The translations under genes were made by a program, and so were the position numbers. This document shows, one piece after another, positions 39,436 through 49,483 of a stretch of DNA of 64,000 nucleotides. The DNA lies in assembly GCA_965541585.1 (NCBI GenBank), contig CBEUCH010000001.1, positions 128,001 to 192,000 on the forward strand. The letters run 5' to 3'. Under the pieces are notes generated by a model. The model searched no databases. It saw only the letters and a program-made list of their open reading frames with translations, and was not told the origin of the DNA. This DNA is from an uncultured bacterium. GTDB lineage: Bacteria; Zixibacteria; MSB-5A5; UBA10806. Position 1 is the stretch's first letter, and each line of letters starts with the position of its first letter.

Positions 39436-40728
39436 ATGCCAAAAAGAAAATCAGGTCATTCATACATGTTTTCATTTGTTTTTGTCCTGGTAGTAGTGAT
39501 CGCCTCGACCGCCTCCGCACAATTCTTATATGATCCTCTCGTCGTCTACGAATCGTTCACGGGCAACAGCGTTTTGCCCGGCGCCCGAGCGGCGGCGATG
39601 GGAGGCGCTCAGATCGCAACGGCTACCGACGGTTCGGCGTTATGGTATAATCCGGCCTTGTTGACGAGAATCAGGCACAACGAGGTCTCGGGCACTCTTA
39701 CGCATCAGATATTTTCCAATGAAACCTCGCTGCTTGCAGGAGCCAGGCAGGACGCTGATGTCAGTAACACCAGGCTTGGCAGCCTCTGGGGTATATTCCC
39801 CGTGCCGACGTACCGGGGCGGCTTGACTCTCGGAATCTCTGTTAACAGGATCAAGAATTTCGATAGAGTTTTCAGGTATGCCTCGAGCAATAGCTGGTTG
39901 AGCAATCCCTCAGGCAGCGATGGCTGGGGTGGAGGAGAAGATGAAAACGGCAGCCTCTGGGCCTGGTCGCTCGGGGGGGCGGTTGAGATCTCACCCAAGG
40001 CATCCGTGGGGTTGTCCCTCGATATCTACGATGGCGACGATAGCTGGACCTTCTTTTTCGACTCAACGTCAATTTCTGACAACTACAGGTATAGCTATCA
40101 ACACACAATCATGGATAATTACAGGGGGATTTCGGGGAAGGTCGGTATTACATATGCGGTAAATAACCATCTTAATCTGTCGGGGGTGATTGGTTTTCCG
40201 ACCTCCATATCGATCGATCAGACCAGCGATATTTTCGAATATGACAACCAGGGACTCGACATAGCCGATTACAGTTCGTCGTCGTATAGATATACTCTAC
40301 CTTTCAGATTCGAAGCCGGCGCAGCCTTCAGGCATGAAGATCTGACCATAGGCGGTGATATCGGTTATACCGATTACACCCAGCTTGAATATCGCTCGGG
40401 CCTGTTCGACCTGGCGGGTCTCAATCAGACAGTGAAGGAATATTATAACGATGTTTTCAGATATCATGTGGGGGCTGAGTATTTCATTCGCACCGCCGGT
40501 GTCCGCTTGAGGACCGGTTATTATCAGGACGCGATACCTTTCGCGGGTTATCCGATCGAGACTGAACCTCATTACTTCACCTTCGGGGCAGGCTTCATAA
40601 TCGATCGCACGGTTAATATCGATCTGGCATATTTGATCGGGTCGTGGGAGCGGGATGATCCGTCCATCGCCAGTTCGGAGAAATACAGCGTTCAGAGGTT
40701 TATGATTACGATATCGTATCGGTTATAG
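39436..40728 (+). CDS. FadL/OmpP1-like outer-membrane transport barrel
   Basis: PGARAAAMGGA, DGSALWYNPALL, GAEY...LRTGY, terminal ISYRL; GGAGG RBS. Confidence 0.75.
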   Translation: MPKRKSGHSYMFSFVFVLVVVIASTASAQFLYDPLVVYESFTGNSVLPGARAAAMGGAQIATATDGSALWYNPALLTRIRHNEVSGTLTHQIFSNETSLLAGARQDADVSNTRLGSLWGIFPVPTYRGGLTLGISVNRIKNFDRVFRYASSNSWLSNPSGSDGWGGGEDENGSLWAWSLGGAVEISPKASVGLSLDIYDGDDSWTFFFDSTSISDNYRYSYQHTIMDNYRGISGKVGITYAVNNHLNLSGVIGFPTSISIDQTSDIFEYDNQGLDIADYSSSSYRYTLPFRFEAGAAFRHEDLTIGGDIGYTDYTQLEYRSGLFDLAGLNQTVKEYYNDVFRYHVGAEYFIRTAGVRLRTGYYQDAIPFAGYPIETEPHYFTFGAGFIIDRTVNIDLAYLIGSWERDDPSIASSEKYSVQRFMITISYRL

Positions 40729-40749
40729 GTGGGGAGACGGAATTGCTCC

Positions 40750-40784
40750 GCCGCCGCGTCAGCGCCCGCGGCGGCCTTTTTTTT
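40750..40784 (+). terminator. Rho-independent terminator between convergent genes
   Basis: GCCGCCGCG-8 nt loop-CGCGGCGGC followed by C and T8. Confidence 0.85.
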
Positions 40785-40796
40785 GAATCAAACAGA

Positions 40797-41333
40797 TTAT
40801 CCGGCGGGACTTCCCAGTTGCTTTCTGTATATTTCTCTAACCGTTTTTAGAAATTCAATAGCTAACTGCTGTGAATAATCGGGGTATGTCCAGAGGTGGG
40901 TTACGAATTCTCCCTTTTCATATCTCATTGTAACCTCGGCCCAGATATTATCACGAAGATATATCCTGTGTGAGAAATTCTTGGTCGAGGCCAGCACCAG
41001 TTTCGATTCCTCGAGATAACCGGGATCGAGGTTGACGACTCTTCTGTTGTTTATAAAGAAATCCGTCTCGATCGAAATCGTTGCGTTTTTGATATCTGCC
41101 AGCATGTCGGGTTGTATCAATTTTTCAAAAGAGTAGAATTGCTTTACAAGATCGCTTCCCATCACCTCTTTATAGTAATCGGTGAAAGTAAAATCAAATG
41201 GCTCGGATTTTAAATCTACCGATCCATATTGCGCCCGGAGCTCGGAGTCGAGCCGCATCAAGTCTACAGTCTTTGAATACAGTACTCCGCAGATGAGCTT
41301 TACAGGCTTGACCTCAGGTTTTGCTTCGGGCAT
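40797..41333 (-). CDS. DUF4416 family protein
   Basis: FTDYY..MG..L, RVVNLDPGYL, LVLASTKNFSHRIYL..IWAE, WTYPDY. Confidence 0.85.
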   Translation of the reverse strand: MPEAKPEVKPVKLICGVLYSKTVDLMRLDSELRAQYGSVDLKSEPFDFTFTDYYKEVMGSDLVKQFYSFEKLIQPDMLADIKNATISIETDFFINNRRVVNLDPGYLEESKLVLASTKNFSHRIYLRDNIWAEVTMRYEKGEFVTHLWTYPDYSQQLAIEFLKTVREIYRKQLGSPAG

Positions 41334-41997
41334 TTGTGCAGGCCTTCACGCAGAGTCCGCAAAGGTATACATTATAATGGTTTTCCTTCGCGAATTTTGT
41401 AACCTGTTCATAGCATTTGTCGAAATCGAAATTGTCTTCGCTTATGGCTTCCGCCGGGCAGGCGATCATGCAATCTAAGCATTCCCCGCAATCGTTGGAT
41501 ATGCTGGAGCCGGTCTTCAGCGGCATATCGGTTAAGACGGTAGCGAGCCTGACTCCCGCGCCGTATTCGGGATGTACCAGGAGGTTATTCCTGCCCAGGA
41601 AACCCAGTCCGGCCGCTATGGCGACGTGGCGATGAGAGATATGAGAATTCTGTTTTTCCCAGTCGAGCACGAATGATGCCGCAATGGGAACGGCATTATA
41701 TCCTCTTCGCTGGATGAATCCCGCAGTGAGCTCGGAGTTATAATCCAAAAGTGCGTTCACCTGGCGGTAATGTGTCTTATATATCTGGTTCGGGCGATTC
41801 ACGATGGCGTTCAACACAGATCGCATCAGCCTGACCCCGATGCTTATGGCAAATGGTAACTGTGAGGCCTCATCTCTCAACTCGTCATCGATATAGACTT
41901 TGATCTTAGCGGTTTCGGCCACACCGAAGAGGTCTGCTCCACGGTCGGATACGTAACTTTTCAATAGCTCGTAGTTTTCGTCTTTCATGGTCAGCAA
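41314..41997 (-). CDS. Epoxyqueuosine reductase/reductive-dehalogenase-like 2x[4Fe-4S] protein
   Basis: SHRHVAIAAGLGFLGRNNLLVHPEYG..VRLATVLTD; CGECLDCMIACP...C...CGLCVKAC. Confidence 0.75.
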   Translation of the reverse strand: MLTMKDENYELLKSYVSDRGADLFGVAETAKIKVYIDDELRDEASQLPFAISIGVRLMRSVLNAIVNRPNQIYKTHYRQVNALLDYNSELTAGFIQRRGYNAVPIAASFVLDWEKQNSHISHRHVAIAAGLGFLGRNNLLVHPEYGAGVRLATVLTDMPLKTGSSISNDCGECLDCMIACPAEAISEDNFDFDKCYEQVTKFAKENHYNVYLCGLCVKACTNARSKT

Positions 41998-42103
41998 ATT
42001 AATGATTCAGGGGATTCCTGTCAATTGAGAACCTATAAATCGTTGACACCCTGCGCATTTTGATTTAACTTCGCTCGGTAATAATGGTGTTGGCGGAGGA
42101 TCG

Positions 42104-43759
42104 ATGGACCTGAGTAATATAAAAGCCCCTCGCGGTAATAAGATTTCATGCAAGAGCTGGCAGCAGGAGGGGGCTTTGAGGATGCTTCTAAACAACCTGG
42201 ATTCTGAAGTCGCCGAGAAGCCGGAGGAGCTGGTTGTTTACGGCGGTATTGGCAGAGCCGCCAGAAACAAGGAATGTCTGGAGGCGATTATATCATCGCT
42301 AAAATCTCTTGAGAACGATGAGACGCTTCTGGTTCAATCCGGCAAACCGGTGGGGATTTTCAAAACGCATGAGTATTCTCCCAGGGTACTTTTGGCCAAT
42401 TCGAACCTGGTACCCAACTGGGCTACCTGGGAGGTCTTCAGGGAGCTTGATAAGCTGGGGCTTATAATGTTCGGGCAGATGACCGCGGGTTCATGGATTT
42501 ATATCGGTACACAGGGGATATTGCAGGGAACATACGAAACCTTCGCCGCCGCCGGTCAGAAGCATTTCAAGAGCGATCTGTCCGGCAAGTTCATCTTAAC
42601 CGGCGGCATGGGCGGGATGGGCGGTGCCCAGCCGCTGGCGGCAACCATGAACGGGGGGACCATCCTGGTGGTGGAAGTCGACGAAGCGCGTATTGACCGC
42701 AGGATAGCCACCGGCTATTGCGATAAGAAAACCGCTTCAATCGACGAAGCTTTGAGGTGGATTGACGATGCCGTGAAATCCGGAACGCCTTTATCGGTGG
42801 GATTGGTCGGCAATTGCGCCGAAATCGTGCCGGAACTGGTGAAAAGAGATGTGGTGCCGGATATAGTCACCGATCAAACCTCGGCGCATGATGAACTGAA
42901 CGGTTATGTGCCGCATGGAATCCCTTATAAGGAGGCGCTGGCTCTCAGGGAATCCGATCCCGATAAATATATGAAAATGGCCTTCGATTCCATGGCGATT
43001 CATACACAGGCTATTCTGGATCTGCAAAAGAAAGGCTCGATCTGTTTTGATTATGGCAACAACCTTCGCGGCCAGGCCGAGAAAGCCGGCGTGAAAAACG
43101 CATTCGACTATCCGGGATTCGTACCGGCCTATATCCGGCCGCTGTTCTGCGAGGGCAAAGGTCCGTTCAGGTGGGTCGCTCTCTCCGGCGATCCTGAGGA
43201 TATCGCGGTGACCGATGATGCCGTCTTGCGGCTCTTCCCCGAGAATGAGCACCTGGTGCGCTGGATAAAGCTGGTTTCGGAAAAAGTCGAATTCCAGGGA
43301 TTGCCGGCCCGGATATGCTGGCTGGGCTATGGGGAAAGAGATAAGCTGGGGCTCGAATTTAACAAACTCGTTCGTGACGGTAAGATCTCAGCGCCTATTG
43401 TGATCGGTCGCGATCATCTCGATTGCGGCTCGGTGGCCTCACCCAACCGCGAGACGGAGGCTATGAAAGACGGTTCCGACGCTATCGCCGACTGGCCGCT
43501 ACTGAATGCCATGCTGAATACGGCCTCGGGGGCGTCGTGGGTCTCGATTCATCATGGTGGTGGGGTCGGCATGGGCCTGGCGATCCATGCAGGGCAGGTG
43601 CTGGTCTGCGACGGCACCAAGGGGATGGATAGCCGTATCGAGCGAGTGTTGACCAACGATCCCGGTATCGGCATCGCCCGCCACGTGGATGCCGGCTATG
43701 ACGAGGCGATCAGAGTCGCCGATAGCAAAGGTGTGAATATACCGATGAGGAGGAAGTGA
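42104..43759 (+). CDS. hutU: Urocanate hydratase
   Basis: [59 protein letters not shown]. Confidence 0.98.
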   Translation: MDLSNIKAPRGNKISCKSWQQEGALRMLLNNLDSEVAEKPEELVVYGGIGRAARNKECLEAIISSLKSLENDETLLVQSGKPVGIFKTHEYSPRVLLANSNLVPNWATWEVFRELDKLGLIMFGQMTAGSWIYIGTQGILQGTYETFAAAGQKHFKSDLSGKFILTGGMGGMGGAQPLAATMNGGTILVVEVDEARIDRRIATGYCDKKTASIDEALRWIDDAVKSGTPLSVGLVGNCAEIVPELVKRDVVPDIVTDQTSAHDELNGYVPHGIPYKEALALRESDPDKYMKMAFDSMAIHTQAILDLQKKGSICFDYGNNLRGQAEKAGVKNAFDYPGFVPAYIRPLFCEGKGPFRWVALSGDPEDIAVTDDAVLRLFPENEHLVRWIKLVSEKVEFQGLPARICWLGYGERDKLGLEFNKLVRDGKISAPIVIGRDHLDCGSVASPNRETEAMKDGSDAIADWPLLNAMLNTASGASWVSIHHGGGVGMGLAIHAGQVLVCDGTKGMDSRIERVLTNDPGIGIARHVDAGYDEAIRVADSKGVNIPMRRK

Positions 43760-43777
43760 ATCACTACGTTTAAAAGC

Positions 43778-43803
43778 GGGGTCAGGAACCCCTTCCTGAC
43801 CCC
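43778..43803. repeat. REP-like palindrome, left end of the RAYT unit
   Basis: GGGGTCAGGAA-CCCC-TTCCTGACCCC, perfect 11-bp stem. Confidence 0.85.
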
Positions 43804-43805
43804 TC

Positions 43806-44405
43806 ATGGGAAAAAGTATGAGAAGTCGAAAACGAAATAATTTTGAAAGTCACGGCGACCTATTCTTCGTTACTTCGACCGTTGTAGGATTTGTCAAACT
43901 CTTTGATTTGAAGTCTCTATGCGATATAATGATTGAAAACCTGAATTATTATCAAAATAGGGCTGATTTCACTGTTATCGCTTATGTCATAATGCCGGAT
44001 CATTTTCATCTTATCATAAAAACCAACAAGGACTTATCAGTATCACAATGTATTGGGAATTTTAAGCATATCACCTCAAGGAAGATAACTTCGGAATTGG
44101 AGAAAAAAGGGAATAAAAAGCTAATATCATCCCTTAGTAAGAACGCTTTGCTGGAGCCGTCGTCGGATAGCAGGGTATGGAAATATCGTTTTGACTCTTT
44201 TGTTCTTACAAATGAGGATACATTACGCCAGAAGATTGAATATATTCATAATAATCCTGTAAAGTCCGGCTTGGTTTCGGAACCGACGGAATGGCGATGT
44301 ACAAGCGCTCGAAATTATGCGGGATTGGATGATGTCTTACTCCCGGTTGACGTGGAATGGAGATGTTTGGATTATGGCTTTGTACCGTCAGGAAAGGGTT
44401 CCTGA
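43806..44405 (+). mobile_element. REP-associated tyrosine transposase (RAYT; Y1 HUH, IS200-like fold)
   Basis: FFVTSTV, AYVIMPDHFHLI (HUH), VW..RF, KIEYIHNNPV (catalytic Tyr), WRCTSA; AT-richer than flanks. Confidence 0.9.
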
Positions 44406-44408
44406 CGG
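44385..44408. repeat. REP-like palindrome, right end of the RAYT unit
   Basis: CCGTCAGGAA-AGGG-TTCCTGACGG, perfect 10-bp stem preceded by GTA; contains the RAYT stop codon. Confidence 0.85.
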
Positions 44409-44580
44409 CGCGGGGAATAATCCCGATGGTAAGTTGATGTGTTTGAAAAATACAGATATGGCAGTTATCGAAATTAAATATGATGAAAACGGTGCGATTC
44501 CAGAAACGACATATTATGACGCCGATATGGAGATTGTCAGAGTTTCTCCCGAAGATAGCAGCGATGTCAGGTAGGTCTAC

Positions 44581-45849
44581 ATGCAAACCCTCACAGCCTC
44601 TTTAATCATCAAGAACGCCTCGCAGCTGGTCACCATGCACGATCAGAAGAAGATCGGGCCGAAGGGCGGCAAGCTGATGCGGGAACTCAACATAATCAAG
44701 AACGGGGCGGTGGCCATCTACGGCTCGCGGATCGTGGCGGTAGGTGAAACAAAGAGCATACTCAAAAAGGTTAAGATTACAAAGGGGACGCGAATATTCG
44801 ATGCAGGGAAGAAGGTGGTCACGCCGGGGCTGATCGATCCCCACACGCATCCGGTTTTTGCGGGGCAACGTTCGGCGGAGTTCGAGATGCGGATCGCGGG
44901 GAAATCATACATGGAGATCGCCAAGGCCGGCGGCGGGATCAATTCGACAGTGAAATCGGTCCGCAAAGCGTCGAAAAATAAACTCAAGGAGAATGGACGG
45001 AAGATCCTCGATAAAATGCTCTCTTATGGCACCACGACAATCGAGGCCAAATCGGGTTATGGTCTGACCACCAGAGATGAGATCAAGCAATTGCAGGCGA
45101 TAAAGGAGTTGAACCAGGAGCACGAGATAGATCTGGTGCCGACTTTTCTGGGAGCACATGAGATCCCTCCGGAGTATAAAAGGAACCCGGATGCTTATGT
45201 CAGCCTGGTCTGCACGGAGATGATCCCGAAGGTTGTTTCGAAAAATCTGGCGGTTTTTTGCGACGTGTTCTGCGAAAGAGGCGTTTTCACTACCAAACAG
45301 ACGAGAGTGATCTTGCAGACGGCCCAGGCGTTCGGATTGAGAGCCAAGCTTCACGCCGACGAGCTTCACAACACCGGCGGAGCGGAGTTGGCGGCGGAGT
45401 TCGGGGCGGCATCGGCCGATCATCTGGTCTGTGTCAACGATGAGGGGATTCACCTGATGCAGAAAACGGGGGTGATACCGGTTCTCCTGCCGGGCACGAC
45501 TTTTTATCTGGGATTGGATGAAGACGCGCCCGCCGGAAAAATGATCGATAAAGGATTACCAGTGGCCCTGGCCACGGACTGCAATCCGGGCTCATCGATG
45601 ACCGAGTCGATGCAGATGATTATGACGCTGGGCTGTCTCAAATACAACATGTCTCCGGCCGAGGTTCTTACGGCATCGACATTGAACGCCGCCTATGCAA
45701 TCTGTAAGGAGAGCGAGACGGGGTCTCTGGCCCCCGGCAAATGGGCCGACCTGGTTGTATGGGATGCCGAGGATTATCGTGAGATTCCATATCATTTCGG
45801 CGGCAATATGGTTACCAACGTATTCAAGCGAGGGGAGAAGGTCCGGTGA
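44581..45849 (+). CDS. hutI: Imidazolonepropionase
   Basis: PGLIDPHTH, GGGINSTV, GTTTIEAKSGYGL, FLGAH, HADEL, ATDCNPGS. Confidence 0.97.
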   Translation: MQTLTASLIIKNASQLVTMHDQKKIGPKGGKLMRELNIIKNGAVAIYGSRIVAVGETKSILKKVKITKGTRIFDAGKKVVTPGLIDPHTHPVFAGQRSAEFEMRIAGKSYMEIAKAGGGINSTVKSVRKASKNKLKENGRKILDKMLSYGTTTIEAKSGYGLTTRDEIKQLQAIKELNQEHEIDLVPTFLGAHEIPPEYKRNPDAYVSLVCTEMIPKVVSKNLAVFCDVFCERGVFTTKQTRVILQTAQAFGLRAKLHADELHNTGGAELAAEFGAASADHLVCVNDEGIHLMQKTGVIPVLLPGTTFYLGLDEDAPAGKMIDKGLPVALATDCNPGSSMTESMQMIMTLGCLKYNMSPAEVLTASTLNAAYAICKESETGSLAPGKWADLVVWDAEDYREIPYHFGGNMVTNVFKRGEKVR

Positions 45850-46337
45850 GAATCAAGCTCGTATCGGTGGCAGCGATCATAATGCTTTTCACTATTTCGT
45901 GCGGAATATATACATTCTCACCATCGGCTCTCGGCGATGTCAAGTCTCTGGCCATACCTCTTTTTGAGAATCAGACGACCGAAAGCGGACTGCGCGAGGA
46001 TCTGACAGATCGATTGTCTCAAGCTTTCGTCGATGATAACACTTTGAAAGTGGTGCCGGAGAGCCGCGCCGATGGCATTATACGCGGTTCGGTTGTCTCA
46101 TATCGCCGCGAGGCCTATACTTACAGCGAGGCCGAGGTGGTCAGCGAATATATAGTCCGCATCGGGATAAATGTTGACTTTGTTGAAAAGAAGAGCGGGG
46201 AAGTCATCTGGGAAGAGAAGAATATGTCGAACTGGGGCACCTACGATTCGGCCACGCAGGGCGAGGACGACGGCAAAGAGATGGCTATCGGCAAGCTTGT
46301 CGAGGATATATTGAACAAGACTGTAAAGGGATGGTAA
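45846..46337 (+). CDS. lptE: LptE-family lipoprotein
   Basis: Lipobox ISCG-IYTFS; SLAIPLFENQT; C-terminal ILNKTVKGW typical of FCB-type LptE. Confidence 0.7.
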   Translation: MRIKLVSVAAIIMLFTISCGIYTFSPSALGDVKSLAIPLFENQTTESGLREDLTDRLSQAFVDDNTLKVVPESRADGIIRGSVVSYRREAYTYSEAEVVSEYIVRIGINVDFVEKKSGEVIWEEKNMSNWGTYDSATQGEDDGKEMAIGKLVEDILNKTVKGW

Positions 46338-46364
46338 TAATAACCGTTCGGGAAGAGGTTTCAA

Positions 46365-47372
46365 ATGAAAATTAGAGGCGCATTAATCATCGTGATTGCT
46401 TTATTGATAGCGCAGGGGCTGTTTGTGCGGAACATTTCGGCCATCAATTCGAATGCCGGGACATCGGCCTATACCTTCCTGAAAATAGGGACCGGAGCCA
46501 AATCTCAGGCCCTGGGCGGGGCCTTCGTTGGACTTGCCGACGATGAGACCGCCCTGTTCTACAATCCCGCAGGGCTGACCTCCGATGGAGAAAGCTTCGA
46601 AATATACGACGACCTGCTAGATGTCCCCGAGAGGGAACAGGTCCTAAACCGGTTCACCGCATCCTATATAAACTACCTCCTCGATTTTCAGTATGGTTTT
46701 GTCGGCTATATTAGAAGTCTGGATGATAAAACATCGGCGGGGCTGTCAATTGCCTATCAGAACTACGGCACCTTCAACCGGCTCGATGCCGCGGGAGACA
46801 AAACCGGTACTTTCGGCGCATCCGATATAGCGATTGGCCTAACTTATTCGAAGCGGGTAAGGACAAATCTGTCCCTGGGCGGAACGGGGAAATTCATTTA
46901 CGAGAGGATCGATACCTATTCGTCAAACGGCCTGGCACTGGATGCCGGTCTTATGTATCTGGCGGCCGACGATGGTTCCACCAGGATCGGCTTTGCCCTG
47001 ACGAATTTCGGCGCTCAGCTTTCGGGTCTTACCGAAACTCATAAAGATAAGCTCCCCACCAAAGCTGCCATAGGCCTGTCGCATAAGCTTCGAGGTCTGC
47101 CAACGGTTTTCACCACGGAGATCGGCAAGCCGTTCGATAATGAGTTTTATCTATCACTGGGGATCGAGATGGTTTCGCTCAGGCCGTTCTTTTTGAGAAT
47201 CGGCTGGACCAGTGCCGGCAGAGATTACAAGACCGGCTCCGACGGGGACAATCTGGCCGGTTTCGCGGGCGGGTTCGGCTACAGCTATAGAGAGTATACA
47301 ATAGACTACTCGTACTCATCCTATGCTGATCTCGGTACGGTGCACCGGGTTTCGCTGGGGGCGGGGTTTTAG
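46365..47372 (+). CDS. PorV/PorQ-family outer-membrane barrel (T9SS-associated)
   Basis: AGTSAYTFLKIGTGAKSQALGGAF..LADD..ALFYNPAGL; DLGTVHRVSLG. Confidence 0.8.
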   Translation: MKIRGALIIVIALLIAQGLFVRNISAINSNAGTSAYTFLKIGTGAKSQALGGAFVGLADDETALFYNPAGLTSDGESFEIYDDLLDVPEREQVLNRFTASYINYLLDFQYGFVGYIRSLDDKTSAGLSIAYQNYGTFNRLDAAGDKTGTFGASDIAIGLTYSKRVRTNLSLGGTGKFIYERIDTYSSNGLALDAGLMYLAADDGSTRIGFALTNFGAQLSGLTETHKDKLPTKAAIGLSHKLRGLPTVFTTEIGKPFDNEFYLSLGIEMVSLRPFFLRIGWTSAGRDYKTGSDGDNLAGFAGGFGYSYREYTIDYSYSSYADLGTVHRVSLGAGF

Positions 47373-47423
47373 AATTTGCAGGCAGTTTCCAGGACCATAC
47401 ACGGTATCGTCGTTCGGGTCTCA

Positions 47424-48128
47424 ATGATTTCCGTTTTTGCCATGCTTTTTGTTTTGGCCGCTTCATCCGGTGGCGAAGATGCGGATATTGATTATCTTGA
47501 AGGCGTTGCGCGGGTTCGAAAGGCAGGCTCGGAGGGATGGCTAAAGATCGGGGAATCGACGATAATATCGACAGGCGACAGTGCGATGACGCTGGCCGAT
47601 TCTCGCTTTGAAGTGCTTATACCGAAGAACGGAGTTTTCAGGATGGGACCGGCTTCAAGTGTTCTGTTTGATAGTGACTTGGCCGCCTGGTATACTTTTC
47701 CCGAACTGGTATCGGGTGATATCTGGGGGGTATTTCAATACGAAGATAACAGGGTTTTACGTTCCTTGCCTCGCACTATGCTTCCCGTTGCCGAGATAAT
47801 GACAGATAGCGCGGTGGCCCGATTTTCGGCCGGTAACGATTGCTCAGCGGAGATAAAGGTATACAGTGGCCATCTTCAAGTAATTCGTAGAAAATGGTTC
47901 GGTTATCAGGTGGAACGCGAAGGAGAAGAAATAGAACGGCATCCCTGTCGAGCAGATTTTTCAGAGCCGGATTCTCTCCGGAACTGGAAGGTCACTCTTG
48001 GGGCGGGTGATAAACTAATTCTGTCATCAAAAGGGCATATAGTCTATCAGGGCTCATTCCATCCAGATGACCCGGATGAAGACACCGACTGGGTGCACTG
48101 GAATAAAGAGAGAGATCAAAGCAGATAA
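47424..48128 (+). CDS. FecR-like domain exported protein
   Basis: Signal/TM, YLEG.ARV, GDSAMT..DSRFEV, FRMGPASSV, IKVYSG. Confidence 0.55.
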   Translation: MISVFAMLFVLAASSGGEDADIDYLEGVARVRKAGSEGWLKIGESTIISTGDSAMTLADSRFEVLIPKNGVFRMGPASSVLFDSDLAAWYTFPELVSGDIWGVFQYEDNRVLRSLPRTMLPVAEIMTDSAVARFSAGNDCSAEIKVYSGHLQVIRRKWFGYQVEREGEEIERHPCRADFSEPDSLRNWKVTLGAGDKLILSSKGHIVYQGSFHPDDPDEDTDWVHWNKERDQSR

Positions 48129-48178
48129 CCAATTAGATTTTAAAATAGGCCAATATAGCATGAATATTTATACACTAT

Positions 48179-49483
48179 TTATTTAGAGGGCTTTTCGACC
48201 TTCAATTTCTTTACGCGGTGGCCTTTCTTTTCCAGAATAGTAATCTTTAAATCGGCGATATCGATAATTTCGCCCAGTTCCGGTATGCGATCGATTTTGT
48301 CTATCAGCATGCCTGTGATTGATTCGAATTCACCCTCGGGAGGCTTTGTCCCGAATCTCTCGCAAACAATATCAGCATCAACGGAGCCCCGGACGATGGC
48401 TGTCCCGTCCGGCTGCATAATGATGGCCTCGTCCTCCGTGTCGTATTCGTCCTGGATTTCCCCGACGATTTCCTCCAGGATATCCTCCAGCGTTATGATA
48501 CCCGCGGTACCGCCGAAATCATCGAGGACGACGGCCATATGAGTTCTATCCCGCTGCATATCTTTGAGAATCTCGGAAATCTTCCTGGAGTCCGGCACGA
48601 ATAACGGATCGCGCATAATATCTTTTAAGATGATCAGTCCTCCGGTTCTAAAGACGTTCAAGATATCCCGGACATTGAGTATTCCCTTGATATTATCGAA
48701 GTTTTCGTCGTAGACGGGTAGCCGCGAATACGGTTCCATGGTGGCGGTCTTAAGAATCTCCTCGGAGGGGGAATTGATCTCTATGGCCATCATCTCCGTT
48801 CGAGGGGTCATGGCGTTGCGGGCGACGATGTCCGAAAACTCAAATACGGAATGGATCATCTTATGTTCGCCAGGTTCGAATACACCCTGCTTGAGGCCCT
48901 CGGTCAGTATGATCTTAACCTCTTCCTCGGTGACTACATGATCTTTTCTAATCTCCGGTGAGATCCCTATCGCCCTTAAACAGAGATTTGTTGACCATGT
49001 CAGGAAATTTATGAATATACTCAGCAACTTGAGAGACCACCATGTCCCGGGGCCGACCCAGAGGGCGATTTTTTCGGAATATCGAATAGCCAGAGCCTTG
49101 GGGACAAGCTCAGCCAGAACGAGAAAAGTATACGAGATCACTATAACTACGAGTATTATCGAGATCGATTCGGCGGCCTGGCTTATTGCCACAATGGGAA
49201 CAGATTCTATAAGTGGCTTAACGACCAGGATTGCGGTGGCGCCACCCAGTGCGCTTGCGGCCGAGGCGGTTACAGTCATGCCGATCTGGACAATGGCAAA
49301 GAAATTATCGGGATTATTCTTAAGCTTTTGTACGAATACAGCCTTGGAATCGCCAGCCTCGGCTAATTCCCTTATACGGCTTTTCCGAAGGGCTATAATC
49401 GCGATTTCCGAAGCGGAGAAAAATCCTGATATAAAAACCAGAATCAGGATTATTACTATTTCAAGCCAGAATTTTAGGTCCAT
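48179..49483 (-). CDS. HlyC/CorC (CNNM + CBS + CorC) Mg2+/Co2+ transport-related protein
   Basis: GFFSASEIA, ELVPKALA, MTPRTEM, SRLPVY, GIITLEDILEEIVGEIQDEYD. Confidence 0.93.
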   Translation of the reverse strand: MDLKFWLEIVIILILVFISGFFSASEIAIIALRKSRIRELAEAGDSKAVFVQKLKNNPDNFFAIVQIGMTVTASAASALGGATAILVVKPLIESVPIVAISQAAESISIILVVIVISYTFLVLAELVPKALAIRYSEKIALWVGPGTWWSLKLLSIFINFLTWSTNLCLRAIGISPEIRKDHVVTEEEVKIILTEGLKQGVFEPGEHKMIHSVFEFSDIVARNAMTPRTEMMAIEINSPSEEILKTATMEPYSRLPVYDENFDNIKGILNVRDILNVFRTGGLIILKDIMRDPLFVPDSRKISEILKDMQRDRTHMAVVLDDFGGTAGIITLEDILEEIVGEIQDEYDTEDEAIIMQPDGTAIVRGSVDADIVCERFGTKPPEGEFESITGMLIDKIDRIPELGEIIDIADLKITILEKKGHRVKKLKVEKPSK

